Assembly: GCA_963663165.1 (NCBI GenBank)
Contig: OY760175.1
Location: 5,248,001-5,312,000 of the forward strand
From: an uncultured Desulfospira sp.
GTDB lineage: Bacteria > Desulfobacterota > Desulfobacteria > Desulfobacterales > Desulfobacteraceae
Direction of reading: 5' to 3'
Length of the DNA stretch: 64,000 bases
The notes beneath the pieces were generated by a model that worked only from the letters and a program-made list of their open reading frames with translations, ran no database searches and was not told the DNA's origin. The position numbers and the translations under genes are program-made. Within the stretch, counting starts at the first letter, position 1. Each line of letters opens with the position of its first letter. Below are positions 41,255 to 51,876 of this stretch, piece by piece.

Positions 41255-43036
41255 ATGAAAGCGCTTTACAGGGAGGTTATCAGGATCAATCAGATGGTTG
41301 ACAACCAGGACAAGGCTGAAACGGCACAATCCTTTTTTGAAAAACTCAACCAGATGGCATTGCCGGATACATTTAACTGGGCCAAAGAGATCTTTGAAGA
41401 TCTTCATGTAAAAGAAACTCCGGATAAAACCGCATTGATATGGAGTGATATCCATACCACAGAAACCCTCACCTTTTCCTACCGCACCATCCTTCAAAAG
41501 GCCAATCAGCTGATTAATCTGTTAAGTGCCCATGGTATCGGGCACAAAAACAACATGTACCTGATGGCCCCCATTGTGCCGGAAATGTGGTTTGCCAGCC
41601 TTGCCTGCATCAAAGCCGGCATTGTCAGCGTGCCCACGGCCACCACCATGACCGCAAGGGAACTTGAATACCGGTTTGAAACCTTTAAACCCGATGTGGT
41701 CCTGGCTGATCCGGATTCTGCCGGGCTCATTGAAAAGGCGGCTGAAATAAGCGGTGTGAATCCAAAGGTTAAACTGGTCCTGGGAGAACGGGAAGGCTGG
41801 ATTCCCTTTAGTGAAATTGACGGACAGCCAGATGAGGCCCAGGCGGCTGAAACCGAATCCAATGAAACCCTGTTTTGCTTTTTTACCTCCGGCACCACCG
41901 GGCTGCCCAAGCGGGTGGGGCATACGGCGGTTTCCTATCCCCTGGGCCATTTGTCCACCACGGTGATGACCGGGGTTCGGCCCGACGACGTTCACAACAA
42001 TTTGAGTGCCCCCGGCTGGGGAAAATGGGCCTGGTCCAGTTTTTTTGTTCCGTTTAATGTCGGGGCCACTCTGGCGGGTTTTGCGTTTAAGTCCATGGAT
42101 GGAGAGCAGTACCTGGATGCGGTGGTGGCCAATAAGGTCACCACGTTCTGCGCCCCGCCCACGGCATGGCGGATGTTTGTCAATATGAACCTGGACTCTT
42201 TTGACCTGTCCCATCTTCGCCAGTCCATGAGTGCCGGGGAGCCCCTGAACCCTGAAGTGATTACCCAGTGGGAAAAATACACCCATACCGAAATCAGGGA
42301 TTTTTACGGCCAGACTGAAACCACAGCCATGATCGGCAATTTCCCCTGGATGGCCGGGAAAATGCGGTCCGGATCATTCGGGGTTCCTTCGCCCATGTAT
42401 GATGTGACCCTCTCCGATGATGAGGGAAATGTAATTACTGAACCTGACCAGGTCGGCCATATCGTCATCCGGTTGACCCGGTGGCGGGGCCTTGGGCTGT
42501 TTTCGGAATATATCGGGAACCCTGAAAAAATGAGCGCTGTTTTTGTGGACGATTTTTACTATACCGGAGACCGGGCTTCATTTGACAGTGACGGATACTG
42601 GTGGTTTGTGGGACGGGCCGATGATGTCATCAAATCTTCGGACTACCGGATCGGCCCCTTTGAGGTGGAAAGCGCACTGCTTGAACATCCCTCGGTTGCC
42701 GAGACCGCGGTTGTGGGGGCACCGGACCCTAACCGGTATCAGCTGGTCAAGGCCTATGTTATCCTGAACTCCGGTTATGAGGGCAACCGGGACCTTGCCC
42801 TTGAACTTTTCAAGCATACCATCAACATCCTGGCCCGGTTCAAGATTCCCCGAATCATAGAATTTGTCAGCGAGGTGCCCAAAACCATCTCCGGGAAAAT
42901 CCGCCGGGTGGAACTTAGGGATATGGAGATCTCAAAACAGGATGGCGAGGGCGGCGAGCCCATCACAGAATATTTTTACTGGGATTTCCCAGAGCTCAGT
43001 TCCAGTTTTAAAGAGGAGCCGGACAGCCGGGGTTAA
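41255..43036 (+). CDS. Short/medium-chain acyl-CoA synthetase
   Basis: FTSGTTGLPK, YGQTET, TGD, GRADD, PKTISGKI. Confidence 0.93.
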   Translation: MKALYREVIRINQMVDNQDKAETAQSFFEKLNQMALPDTFNWAKEIFEDLHVKETPDKTALIWSDIHTTETLTFSYRTILQKANQLINLLSAHGIGHKNNMYLMAPIVPEMWFASLACIKAGIVSVPTATTMTARELEYRFETFKPDVVLADPDSAGLIEKAAEISGVNPKVKLVLGEREGWIPFSEIDGQPDEAQAAETESNETLFCFFTSGTTGLPKRVGHTAVSYPLGHLSTTVMTGVRPDDVHNNLSAPGWGKWAWSSFFVPFNVGATLAGFAFKSMDGEQYLDAVVANKVTTFCAPPTAWRMFVNMNLDSFDLSHLRQSMSAGEPLNPEVITQWEKYTHTEIRDFYGQTETTAMIGNFPWMAGKMRSGSFGVPSPMYDVTLSDDEGNVITEPDQVGHIVIRLTRWRGLGLFSEYIGNPEKMSAVFVDDFYYTGDRASFDSDGYWWFVGRADDVIKSSDYRIGPFEVESALLEHPSVAETAVVGAPDPNRYQLVKAYVILNSGYEGNRDLALELFKHTINILARFKIPRIIEFVSEVPKTISGKIRRVELRDMEISKQDGEGGEPITEYFYWDFPELSSSFKEEPDSRG

Positions 43037-43064
43037 CGCTATTCCCCGACGATTGTCCTAAATA

Positions 43065-43232
43065 GTGTTTGAACGGAAACCCCGTGTTTGGACGAAAAGT
43101 TGCCCAGATGAAAGGCGCAAAAAAATTTAAAACCGGAGCAGCCATGGGGTTGTGAGGATTGCAAATTTTTCTGCAACGCAGCAGATGGGTGACTTTGTGA
43201 GCTAAAGCTCCTCTAACGAGCCGTTCAAACAC
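43065..43232 (-). mobile_element. Structured repeat family B, complete MITE-like copy
   Basis: Perfect TIRs GTGTTTGAACGG/CCGTTCAAACAC flanked by direct repeats TAAATA. Confidence 0.85.
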
Positions 43233-43258
43233 TAAATATATGCATTCAATCTCTTGCC

Positions 43259-43425
43259 CCTCTGTGCAGTTTGGCGCAAGCCAAACCTCGGTGTCCTCTG
43301 TGGTTTAAAAACATAAAATCCCGAAGGGGTTGAATGGTTCTTCTTTAGCTTCCCGGTTTTTATAAATTGTGGGCTTCGCCCAGGCTTTAAATTAAACCAC
43401 AGAGGGGCACAGAGAAACACAGAGT
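43259..43425. repeat. CACAGAG-type inverted repeat element
   Basis: CCTCTGTGGTTTAA...TTAAACCACAGAGG plus further CACAGAG units. Confidence 0.6.
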
Positions 43426-43512
43426 TTCAGTGCTGCGCACTGAAATGGCGTTCGGAACGCTTAAGCAATAGGTGAGTTGCCGCGGTTAGCCTATCCCCCT
43501 TCAGTCTTCAGC

Positions 43513-44022
43513 CTAAGTCCCTTTCAAAACCCTGTATTTTGCCAGCACATGCCCGCTGTCGAATTTAATCTCCTCAAAGAGTTCAAGCTGGGCATCCAAA
43601 GGACGGGTAAACAGGGTCAGGCCCTGTCCAAACAGTTTCGGGACCACGGTCAGGTGAATTTCATCGATCAGGTCCTGTGCCATGAAAAGGGTATTTACCG
43701 TGGCCCCGCCGATAAGGGCGGCACATTGAAACCCCTGTGCAGACAGTGCTTCAATGATCTGTTCTGGGGCAAGATCAGTGAACACCAGGTTTTTATCCTG
43801 GCTTTTCCGGGACTTGTCCCGGGTCATGACCACGCTTTTGCGGCCGGGAAGGACCTTTCCAATGGTGTCCCAGGTTTTAGAGCCCATGATCATTACCCCG
43901 GCTTTTTTAGTTGTTTTCACAAAATATTGTTTATCGGCTTTCCCGGTCCAGTCCGCAAAGTGATTGGCGTCCCGCGCAATCATCCCGTCAGCGGTTACGG
44001 CCATTAAAAGAACTATTTTCAT
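43513..44022 (-). CDS. Dihydrofolate reductase / RibD C-terminal family protein
   Basis: MAVTADGMIA, IMGSKTW, LPGR, IGG, LIDEIHLTV. Confidence 0.88.
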   Translation of the reverse strand: MKIVLLMAVTADGMIARDANHFADWTGKADKQYFVKTTKKAGVMIMGSKTWDTIGKVLPGRKSVVMTRDKSRKSQDKNLVFTDLAPEQIIEALSAQGFQCAALIGGATVNTLFMAQDLIDEIHLTVVPKLFGQGLTLFTRPLDAQLELFEEIKFDSGHVLAKYRVLKGT

Positions 44023-44198
44023 TGTCTGGTTCCCCAAGTGGTTGTGTTCCTAACAGGTTATAGGCTGTTTTTCAGGCAATGGCAAATTTTGAATAAAATT
44101 GGTATTGACAATTGCACAATAGAATATACTTTGTTTTTAAAGTTAGTTTTGGCTAATAAATGATATGATCCAAATGGGTCTTGAAAGGACGGTGCCAT

Positions 44199-44375
44199 AT
44201 GGAAAAGAGAATAAATCAGGTCAGTGACAATTACTGCAACGTATTGGAACAGCGCCGCCTGGTAGCAGAAATGACCAGATGCGACCGGGCAGAAGACCCT
44301 CAGGAAAGCCGGTATGAGTGTTACCTGAGAGCGGCCAGGGAAAGCCGAGAGAGCAACGGCTGCCTGTATGGATAG
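44199..44375 (+). CDS. Small hypothetical protein (4 Cys)
   Basis: AAGGA RBS; 58 aa; fills the intergenic gap. Confidence 0.5.
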   Translation: MEKRINQVSDNYCNVLEQRRLVAEMTRCDRAEDPQESRYECYLRAARESRESNGCLYG

Positions 44376-44385
44376 AATAATAGGT

Positions 44386-44460
44386 TAGGCTGAAGACTGA
44401 AAGTTTTTAGGCTGAAGGAAGCGGGAGCTATCTACCTTCAGTCTAAATTCCTTCAGCCTA
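44386..44460. repeat. GCTGAAG heptamer hairpin
   Basis: TAGGCTGAAG...CTTCAGCCTA; relatives at 46487-46570 and 43498-43515. Confidence 0.7.
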
Positions 44461-46338
44461 TTCCCCTAAATTCTTGTCGATGGGCTCAAAATTCATCTCA
44501 ATATCGATTTCACCGCTGATGTTCCGGGTCATTTTGGCATTGGGATACCGTTTGAGAAAAACATTGAGCATTTTTTTATTTTCAGCCAGGGTGGTGGCGA
44601 TGAACCGTTTGTAGTTGTTTTCCCGGGCAATTTTTTCAAGGGATTTGAGCAGGAATGTGGCAATTCCCTTGCCGTGGAGGTCTTCTTTGACCAGAAACGC
44701 CACTTCGGCTGAATCTTTTCCCACTTCGGCATAGGAGCCGATGGCCACAATCTGCTTTCTTTTGCCGATCTGCATGAGGCCGATCAGGCTCATGTTTCTG
44801 CGGTAATCCACCTCAGCCCACTGCTGCTGAAGCATTTCTCTTGAAAAGACCTTCCGTTTGTTAAAAAACCGGAAATAAATGGATGTTTCCTGAAGCGAGT
44901 AGTAAAAATGGCGGGATTCAAATTCATCAGAAGGCAGCAGGGGCCTGAAATCGACACTTTTTCCGCTGGGCAGTTTCATGGAATCAATGTATGAATCCAG
45001 GAACATCAAATCCTTGGTGGTGGGGGGCAGCTGGTCCGGGAAAATATAATGCCGCTTCTTGGCCTCTTCAATCAGGCCTTTTCTGAATTTGGGGTGGGCG
45101 ATCTGGGCCAGTTCAATGACCCGCTGGTAAATGCTTTTTCGGCGCATTTCCGCAATGCCGTATTCCGTGACAATGATATCAACATCCCCCCGGGTGGTGG
45201 CCACTCCCGCCCCTTCGCTTAAATGGGGGACGATTCTGGACACTTCCCCGTTCTGGGCGGTAGACGGTATAATGATAATGGAAAATCCCCCGTTGGACAT
45301 GGCCGATCCCCGGATAAAATCCACCTGGTCCCCGATCCCCGAGTAAAACAGATATCCTTTGGAGTCCGTACAGACCTGGCCGGTGAGGTCTACCTCAAGG
45401 GCGGAGCTGATGGAAATAAAATGATCGTTGTTGGCAATGATGTTGGGGTCATTGACAAACTGGGAGGTCCGAAAGTGGAACATGGGGTTGTTGTCCACAT
45501 AATCATACAGGGCTCTGGAGCCCATGCACAGGGACGCCACCACCCGGTCCCGAACATAGTTTTTCTTCCGGTTGGTGATCACCTTTTTTTGAAACAGGGG
45601 CAAAAATCCTTCGGTGATGACCTGGGTATGCAGTCCCAGATCTTTTTTATCGGAAAGATAGGGAAGAATGGCATCGGGCAGATGGCCGAACCCGATCTGG
45701 AGGGTGGAGCCGTCATCCACCAGCATGTTGACATAGTGGCCGATCCGTTCGACCACCATCTGGTTTTTGGGGGTGGGCAAGGATTCCAGCAGCGGCTCGT
45801 CCACTTGAACCAGATAATCAATTTCATCAATGTGAACCAGGGCGTCACCCAGGGTTCTGGGCATCTGGGGGTTGACCTGGGCAATCACAATTTCAGCATT
45901 TTTCATTCCGGACAGGGTAATGTCAACGGAAATCCCCAAAGAGCAATAGCCGTGTTTGTCCGGCGGAGAAACCTGGATCAGGGCGACATCCAGGCCGATT
46001 TCCTGGGTCTCGAAAATTTTGGGGATCTGGGACAGATAAACCGGGATATAGTCAATTTTACCTTCAAAGGCGGACTGCCGCATGGCCAGGGATATAAAAA
46101 ACAGTTTAATGGAAAACCGGGCAAGGAAATGTTTATCATTAACATACTGGGACAGCGTGGAGGACAGCATCTGGTAAATCACAATGTCCTGGATGCTGGT
46201 ATCTTTTACCATGGCGTGGATCAGGCATTGGGGTTCGCCGCATCCCGTACCGATAAAAACCCTGGAGCCGTTTTTGATTTTTTTTACGCTTTGTTCCGGC
46301 GTAAGAATTTTCTCCGGGTATTGTTGGCTGATATCCAT
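44458..46338 (-). CDS. Acetyl-CoA hydrolase/transferase with C-terminal GNAT domain
   Basis: TLQIGFG, EVDLTGQ, SGIGDQVDF, VTEYG; GNAT HGKGIAT. Confidence 0.92.
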   Translation of the reverse strand: MDISQQYPEKILTPEQSVKKIKNGSRVFIGTGCGEPQCLIHAMVKDTSIQDIVIYQMLSSTLSQYVNDKHFLARFSIKLFFISLAMRQSAFEGKIDYIPVYLSQIPKIFETQEIGLDVALIQVSPPDKHGYCSLGISVDITLSGMKNAEIVIAQVNPQMPRTLGDALVHIDEIDYLVQVDEPLLESLPTPKNQMVVERIGHYVNMLVDDGSTLQIGFGHLPDAILPYLSDKKDLGLHTQVITEGFLPLFQKKVITNRKKNYVRDRVVASLCMGSRALYDYVDNNPMFHFRTSQFVNDPNIIANNDHFISISSALEVDLTGQVCTDSKGYLFYSGIGDQVDFIRGSAMSNGGFSIIIIPSTAQNGEVSRIVPHLSEGAGVATTRGDVDIIVTEYGIAEMRRKSIYQRVIELAQIAHPKFRKGLIEEAKKRHYIFPDQLPPTTKDLMFLDSYIDSMKLPSGKSVDFRPLLPSDEFESRHFYYSLQETSIYFRFFNKRKVFSREMLQQQWAEVDYRRNMSLIGLMQIGKRKQIVAIGSYAEVGKDSAEVAFLVKEDLHGKGIATFLLKSLEKIARENNYKRFIATTLAENKKMLNVFLKRYPNAKMTRNISGEIDIEMNFEPIDKNLGE

Positions 46339-46566
46339 GGGGGTGTTTCTCCTGTGTGAACTGGCAATGGGTTAAACGCTCAACCTGGAAAGGCAAATTA
46401 ATGTAAGATCCGGTTAAACTTTTTTAGCCTTATCCATATCTTGTTTACCAGAATCCTATAAAAACAGCAATTTTAAAAAAGGGATTTAGGCTGAAGACTG
46501 AAGGCTGTCAGGGTAAAGGAAGCCAGCCCTTTGCCGTTGTCAGCTTTCGGTCTGAATCCCTTCGGT

Positions 46567-46890
46567 CTATGCACCTTTTTTCCCGGTTGTTTCATCAATC
46601 CAGTCCAGAAACGGCCCGTACCCTTTTTCAATGGGAATCTGTACGATCTGGGGGACCTCATAGGGATGGCGCTCCAGGATAAAGGCTTCAAGGGCGTTAT
46701 ACAGGTGGTGCCGGGTTTTCATCACCAGCCGGATCTCAGACTCATGGCATGTCTTTCCCTTCCAGGTATACCAGCTGGTGATGGGGCTTAGCTGAACACA
46801 GGCCGCAAGCCCTTGCTCCACAGCGCCGGACGCAATAGCTTCTGCCTCTTCCATGCGCTTGCAGGTGGCCACTACCATAATATAGCTCAT
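46567..46890 (-). CDS. cutA: Divalent-cation tolerance protein CutA
   Basis: LAACVQ, SWYTWKG, HPYEVPQI. Confidence 0.93.
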   Translation of the reverse strand: MSYIMVVATCKRMEEAEAIASGAVEQGLAACVQLSPITSWYTWKGKTCHESEIRLVMKTRHHLYNALEAFILERHPYEVPQIVQIPIEKGYGPFLDWIDETTGKKGA

Positions 46891-46977
46891 TTTTTATCCT
46901 GCCTGGTTTGTTGCCAGCATATCAATGTCATTTAAGGGTATAGCATACCATACGTTAAATTTGACGAAAACGCCAGT

Positions 46978-48237
46978 TTACGGTTGCATAACCTTTGGTT
47001 TAAAATTTAACGTGGCAAAATAATCGGCCATGGTTTCGGCCCGCCTTATACGTTCCACCTTAAGGTCTTTTCTTAAAATCAGTTCCTGGGGCCGCAGCTG
47101 GCCGTTGTAGTTGAATCCCATGGCATGGCCGTGGGCACCCGTGTCATGGATAACCAGAAGATCTCCCAATTGGGTTGGCGGCAGTTTCCTTTGGATGGCG
47201 AATTTATCGTTGTTTTCGCAAAGGGCCCCCACAACGTCCACGGTTTGGGAACAGGGTTCATGGTCTTTCCCGTGGATATGGACGTGGTGATAGGCCCCGT
47301 ACATGCCCGGCCTCATCAGGGATGACATGGAGGCGTCCACGCCCACATAGTTCCGGTAGATGGCTTTATGGTTGATGACCCGGGTGACCAGCACCCCGTG
47401 GGGGCCGGTAATAAAACGGCCGCTTTCCATACAAAGCCGGGGGACCCAGTTGTTCCTTGTTTTAAAGGATGCAAAGGAGGCTTCAATCCCTTTGGCCATG
47501 CCGTTCAGGTCAAAGGGCTCGGCATCGGGAAGATAAGGAATGCCGAGCCCGCCCCCGATATTGATGAATTCCACTTTGATGTCAAGCTTTTGGTCAAGCT
47601 GTTCAACCACTTCCAGGAGCATGTCGGCGGTTTCCACCATATAGGTATAATTCAGTTCGTTGGAGGCCAGCATGGTGTGAAGGCCGAACCGTAATGCCCC
47701 CATGTCCTTGGCTTTCTGGTAGGCCTCCAGGATCTGGTCATAGCTGACCCCGTATTTGGCCTCTACCGGGTTGCCGATAATGGTGTTGCCGGTTCTTCTG
47801 GAACCCGGGTTGTATCTAAAGCAGATCAGATCCGGGACCCGGGACAGTTTAGAAAGCAGGGATATGTCGTCCAGGTTGATAACGGCCCCGTCTTTGTCCA
47901 TGGCAAAATCAAGCTGGGCCCGGCTGGTGTTGTTGGAGGTAAACATGATCTCTTCCGCCTTGGCCCCCAATTGTCTGGCCAGTTCAACTTCCGGAACGGA
48001 ACTGCAGTCAAACCCGAACCCCTTAGCCTTGAGCAGGGCCATGACCGAAGGGTTGGGAAGGGCCTTTACGGCAAAAAATTCTTTAAAGCCGTTAAAATTT
48101 TTAAATGCCGTGTTGACCTGATCGCAGGTCTGCTCCATACCGGCTTCATCATAGATGTGAAACGGGGTGCCAAAAGTTTGTGCAATTTGGGGAAGAAGGG
48201 GGGACAGTCTGTTTTTAAAATCATCTGACATGGGCAT
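46978..48237 (-). CDS. lysA: Diaminopimelate decarboxylase
   Basis: FAVKA, NIGGG, ESGR, LCENND, GAHG. Confidence 0.92.
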   Translation of the reverse strand: MPMSDDFKNRLSPLLPQIAQTFGTPFHIYDEAGMEQTCDQVNTAFKNFNGFKEFFAVKALPNPSVMALLKAKGFGFDCSSVPEVELARQLGAKAEEIMFTSNNTSRAQLDFAMDKDGAVINLDDISLLSKLSRVPDLICFRYNPGSRRTGNTIIGNPVEAKYGVSYDQILEAYQKAKDMGALRFGLHTMLASNELNYTYMVETADMLLEVVEQLDQKLDIKVEFINIGGGLGIPYLPDAEPFDLNGMAKGIEASFASFKTRNNWVPRLCMESGRFITGPHGVLVTRVINHKAIYRNYVGVDASMSSLMRPGMYGAYHHVHIHGKDHEPCSQTVDVVGALCENNDKFAIQRKLPPTQLGDLLVIHDTGAHGHAMGFNYNGQLRPQELILRKDLKVERIRRAETMADYFATLNFKPKVMQP

Positions 48238-48261
48238 GGGGTTGGGTTCCTTTTTTATTAA

Positions 48262-48343
48262 AGCTGTTAGCCATTAGCTTTTAGCTATTAGCAGGCGGAC
48301 TGACAGCTAATGGCTAACGGCTGAATGCTAACAGCTAATGGCT
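48262..48343. repeat. GCTAACA heptamer hairpin
   Basis: TGTTAGC-type units followed by GCTAACA-type units. Confidence 0.75.
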
Positions 48344-48800
48344 ATATACTCTCCGGCAACACTATCTTGGCGCTTTCCTTAAAAGAGGACAGGACAATAT
48401 GGGTTTTAATGCTTTCCAATTGGCCTGCTCCGGTAATCTGGGTTTTAATGATCTGTTCCAACTCCTGGTTGCCGGATACCCTTAATTTGGCCACCAGGCA
48501 GTCATCTCCGGCAATGTAGTGGACCTCCTGAATCTGGCCTATGGCAGACAGGGCCTTGCCGGTCTCCCATATCCTTGAGGGGTCCTTTACCCTGATGTGG
48601 GCAAAGACAACCATGGTGGACCGGAACATTTCGGGGTTGAGCCGGACCTCGTATCCCTGGATGACCCCTCGGGCCTCAAGTTTCTTAATCCGCTCAAGCA
48701 CGGCAGAGGGGGCCATTCCTACGGTCCGGGCCACTTCTACATTGGGTATCCTGGCTTTTTTTTGCAGGATCTTTAGAATCTGTAAATCTGTTTTATCCAT
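48342..48800 (-). CDS. Lrp/AsnC transcriptional regulator
   Basis: DKTDLQIL...ERIKKLE..GVIQGY HTH; RAM domain. Confidence 0.92.
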   Translation of the reverse strand: MDKTDLQILKILQKKARIPNVEVARTVGMAPSAVLERIKKLEARGVIQGYEVRLNPEMFRSTMVVFAHIRVKDPSRIWETGKALSAIGQIQEVHYIAGDDCLVAKLRVSGNQELEQIIKTQITGAGQLESIKTHIVLSSFKESAKIVLPESI

Positions 48801-49031
48801 TTGGTTTCTTGTGGATTTATAAACTGCGATTTGGACGGATAATATTCACCGTAATGGCAAAAGTCAAGAATAAAATGTTTGTCATTTGCGGTTTGTATCG
48901 AATGATGTTCTAAAGACGCCCTCAATTCTATTTGTTTTGATTTTGGTTGATAAAACGGCCGGATTCATATACATTAAACAGACACTGGCTCTTGACTCTA
49001 AACTATTCTTACAATCTGAAAAATACTTAGA

Positions 49032-50564
49032 ATGAATACCCAGCCAATTGAAATTCTGGTGGTAGATGATGAAGAAGGCATTCTTGATGTAACAGAAGGC
49101 TATTTCAGCCGGAAAGGGTACAAAGTTTATACCGCGGGCAATGGCGCCCAGGCCCTTGAAGTGGTCAAAGAAAAAAAAATCAGCTGTATATTTACGGATA
49201 TCAATATGCCGGTGATGGACGGCCTTGAACTTGCCGAACAGGTCAGGCATTTGGAAAACACGCTTCCCGTGGTGGTGATGACCGGATATCCGTCCCTGGA
49301 AAATTCCATCGCCACTTTAAAAAACGGGGTGGTGGATTACCTGATCAAGCCCGTGAATTTAGAGCAGATGGAAATGACCTTAAGGCGGGTTCTCAGGGAA
49401 CGTGAGCTGCTGGTTGAGAACCTGATTCTAAAAGAAGAGGTAGAGCGTAAAGAACGGTTAGAACAGCTCAATAACGAACTGATAGCGCGGGTAAAAGATG
49501 TTAATACCCTGAACCGGATAATGGAGGATTTTTCTTCCACGGACTCCACCCATGGGGTTTACGATAAAGTGGTTGATTTAGGGGTGGAAGAGCTGGAAGC
49601 CGATAAGGTGTTTTTCCATTTTTATGCGGAACAGGAACACTCTTTGATAATGATTACCCAGGCTTCAAAGGATGTAGTCTTTCCCATGGATGCGTCGGCA
49701 TTTGACAAGGATATTCCGGCCAAAACCAGGGAATACATTATCGGTATCATTGAGGCTGACGACAAACCGTCTTTGATTCAGGATTCGTTAAACAACCGGC
49801 AGATTGATGACAACATCAACTCCTGCATGGTGGTCCCCCTTAAAATCAGGGACCAGATTTTCGGCGTGGCCAGTGCCTTTATCTTCAGCCCGGGCCGGTT
49901 TTTTGATGAAAAAGACATTTACTACATGACATTTATTACCCAGAAGGCCGCTTCCGCCATTGAGAATATTGCCCTTTACGGCAACATTATTGAAAATCTG
50001 GTTTCCACGCTCAGGGCTTTTGTTACCGCCCTTGAGGCCAGGGATTCATATACCAGGGAGCATTCCACCCGGGTGGCCGAGTTTGCCTATGCCATTGCCG
50101 AATATATGGGATGCACCCAGGAAGAGCTTGAAATCATAGATTTTGCCGGAAGTCTTCATGATATCGGAAAAATCGGCATTCCGGACGATATTTTGCTCAA
50201 GCCGGGAAAGCTCAACGATGAGGAGTACGAAAAAATAAAAGAACATCCCCGGATCGGGGCAGATATCGTCGGCAAACTCGGCGTCTGGGACCGTGAAGTG
50301 GAAATCATCCGGTGCCATCATGAGCGGTTTGACGGAAAAGGATATCCCGGCGGATTAAAGGGGGAAGAGATCCCAAAGCTTGCCCGGATCATGTCCGTGG
50401 CAGACTGTTTTGATGCCATGGCCTCTGACCGCTCTTACAGAAAACGGATGGATACGGATCTGGTGTATCAAATCATCAGGAGAAATTCAGGTTCCCAGTT
50501 TGATCCTAAGGTGGTGGAAGCCTTTTTTCAGATTGCCGATCAGGAGTTATTCCATGACCTTTAA
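49032..50564 (+). CDS. REC-GAF-HD-GYP c-di-GMP phosphodiesterase response regulator
   Basis: VDDE/DINMP/KP; HDIGKIG, HHERFDGKGYP. Confidence 0.92.
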   Translation: MNTQPIEILVVDDEEGILDVTEGYFSRKGYKVYTAGNGAQALEVVKEKKISCIFTDINMPVMDGLELAEQVRHLENTLPVVVMTGYPSLENSIATLKNGVVDYLIKPVNLEQMEMTLRRVLRERELLVENLILKEEVERKERLEQLNNELIARVKDVNTLNRIMEDFSSTDSTHGVYDKVVDLGVEELEADKVFFHFYAEQEHSLIMITQASKDVVFPMDASAFDKDIPAKTREYIIGIIEADDKPSLIQDSLNNRQIDDNINSCMVVPLKIRDQIFGVASAFIFSPGRFFDEKDIYYMTFITQKAASAIENIALYGNIIENLVSTLRAFVTALEARDSYTREHSTRVAEFAYAIAEYMGCTQEELEIIDFAGSLHDIGKIGIPDDILLKPGKLNDEEYEKIKEHPRIGADIVGKLGVWDREVEIIRCHHERFDGKGYPGGLKGEEIPKLARIMSVADCFDAMASDRSYRKRMDTDLVYQIIRRNSGSQFDPKVVEAFFQIADQELFHDL

Positions 50565-50636
50565 TTGGTTGAGTCGGGTTTTAAAATGTGTTAATCTGAT
50601 AATTAAAGATTTAAGAACATATGGAGCGATTTCACA

Positions 50637-50984
50637 ATGACCGGTTCAGATGAAAAAAGAAAACATCACAGGGTAAGTTTTCCGGCTCGGATTCAGGTTC
50701 TGCTCGATATGGACGGTAAAGAAATAGCGTTAAAAGGCAGTTCCCAGGATTTGAGTCTCAGGGGAATATTTGTGGAAACAGACAGAGACTTTAGCATGGG
50801 AACCCGGTGTCTGGTAAAGGTTTTCCTGGCCGGTGGCATAGATGAGGTTGAACTGCAGATGCAGGGAACCGTGGTCAGGCAGACCCCAAACGGTATTGGC
50901 GTGGAATTTAATTCCATGGACGTGGATACATATTCACATTTGAAAAATATCGTAATGTACAATACAATGGATAGTTCGAGCTAA
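50637..50984 (+). CDS. PilZ domain protein
   Basis: RKHHR and DLSLRG motifs. Confidence 0.92.
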   Translation: MTGSDEKRKHHRVSFPARIQVLLDMDGKEIALKGSSQDLSLRGIFVETDRDFSMGTRCLVKVFLAGGIDEVELQMQGTVVRQTPNGIGVEFNSMDVDTYSHLKNIVMYNTMDSSS

Positions 50985-51001
50985 AAGGGTTCTCTTGCTA
51001 A

Positions 51002-51463
51002 ATGGATGTCACACTTATTAATCCGTTTATAAATGCCACTGTCAACGTTCTGGAGACCATGGCCTTTGTGAAGGTTTCTGCCGGGAAACCCTATTTGAAA
51101 AAGGATAACGTCGCCGTAGGGGATGTTTCCGGAGTCCTGGGATTGACAGGCGTTGCCAATGGAACCATTTCAGTAACCTTTGAGGAAAAGTGTATTCTGA
51201 CAATTGTGTCCAACATGTTCGGCGAAACCATGAACAGCCTGAACCATGAAATTGCCGATGCTGTAGGGGAATTGACCAATATGATTTCGGGTCAGGCCCG
51301 GCGGGAGCTTGAAGAGATCGGCAAGGTCTTCAAGGCCGCCATTCCGTCTGTCGTTAGCGGGCCTCAGCACCAAATTATCCATTACTCTAAAGGACCTAAG
51401 ATAGCAATTCCCTTTAGCACTGAGGGTGGGGATTTTACAATTGAAGTCTGTTTTGAAAGATAG
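51002..51463 (+). CDS. cheX: Chemotaxis phosphatase CheX
   Basis: INPFI, DAVGELTNMISG. Confidence 0.93.
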   Translation: MDVTLINPFINATVNVLETMAFVKVSAGKPYLKKDNVAVGDVSGVLGLTGVANGTISVTFEEKCILTIVSNMFGETMNSLNHEIADAVGELTNMISGQARRELEEIGKVFKAAIPSVVSGPQHQIIHYSKGPKIAIPFSTEGGDFTIEVCFER

Positions 51464-51501
51464 AAAACGGTTATAATCCGTATAAGGAGGGAAATTTTGC
51501 A

Positions 51502-51876
51502 ATGGACATGTCCATCAAGGTTCTGATTGTTGACGATTTTGCTACCATGCGCCGCATCCTTAAGAATATTTTAAAGCAATTGGGGTTTAAAAATCTTGTG
51601 GAGGCCGATGATGGTACTGCTGCCTGGGAAATACTGGAAAGCCAGGAGATCAACCTGATTATCTCAGACTGGAATATGCCCAAGATGACAGGGCTGGAGC
51701 TGTTAAAAAAGGTTCGGGCCAGCTCTAACTATAGTAAAATTCCTTTTTTAATGGTTACAGCGGAAGCCCAGAAGCAGAATGTTATCGAGGCGGTTCAGGC
51801 AGGGGTGTCAAATTATGTGGTAAAGCCGTTTACCGCTGAAGCCATATCGGATAAGCTGACAAAGATTCTCAAGTAA
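51502..51876 (+). CDS. cheY: Chemotaxis response regulator CheY
   Basis: [28 protein letters not shown]. Confidence 0.95.
   Translation: MDMSIKVLIVDDFATMRRILKNILKQLGFKNLVEADDGTAAWEILESQEINLIISDWNMPKMTGLELLKKVRASSNYSKIPFLMVTAEAQKQNVIEAVQAGVSNYVVKPFTAEAISDKLTKILK

Noticed and set aside
45223..46359. Long antisense ORFs (also 54178-55257, 58820-59833, 17591-18430)
   Set aside because: Shadow frames opposite well-supported genes, with no motifs.
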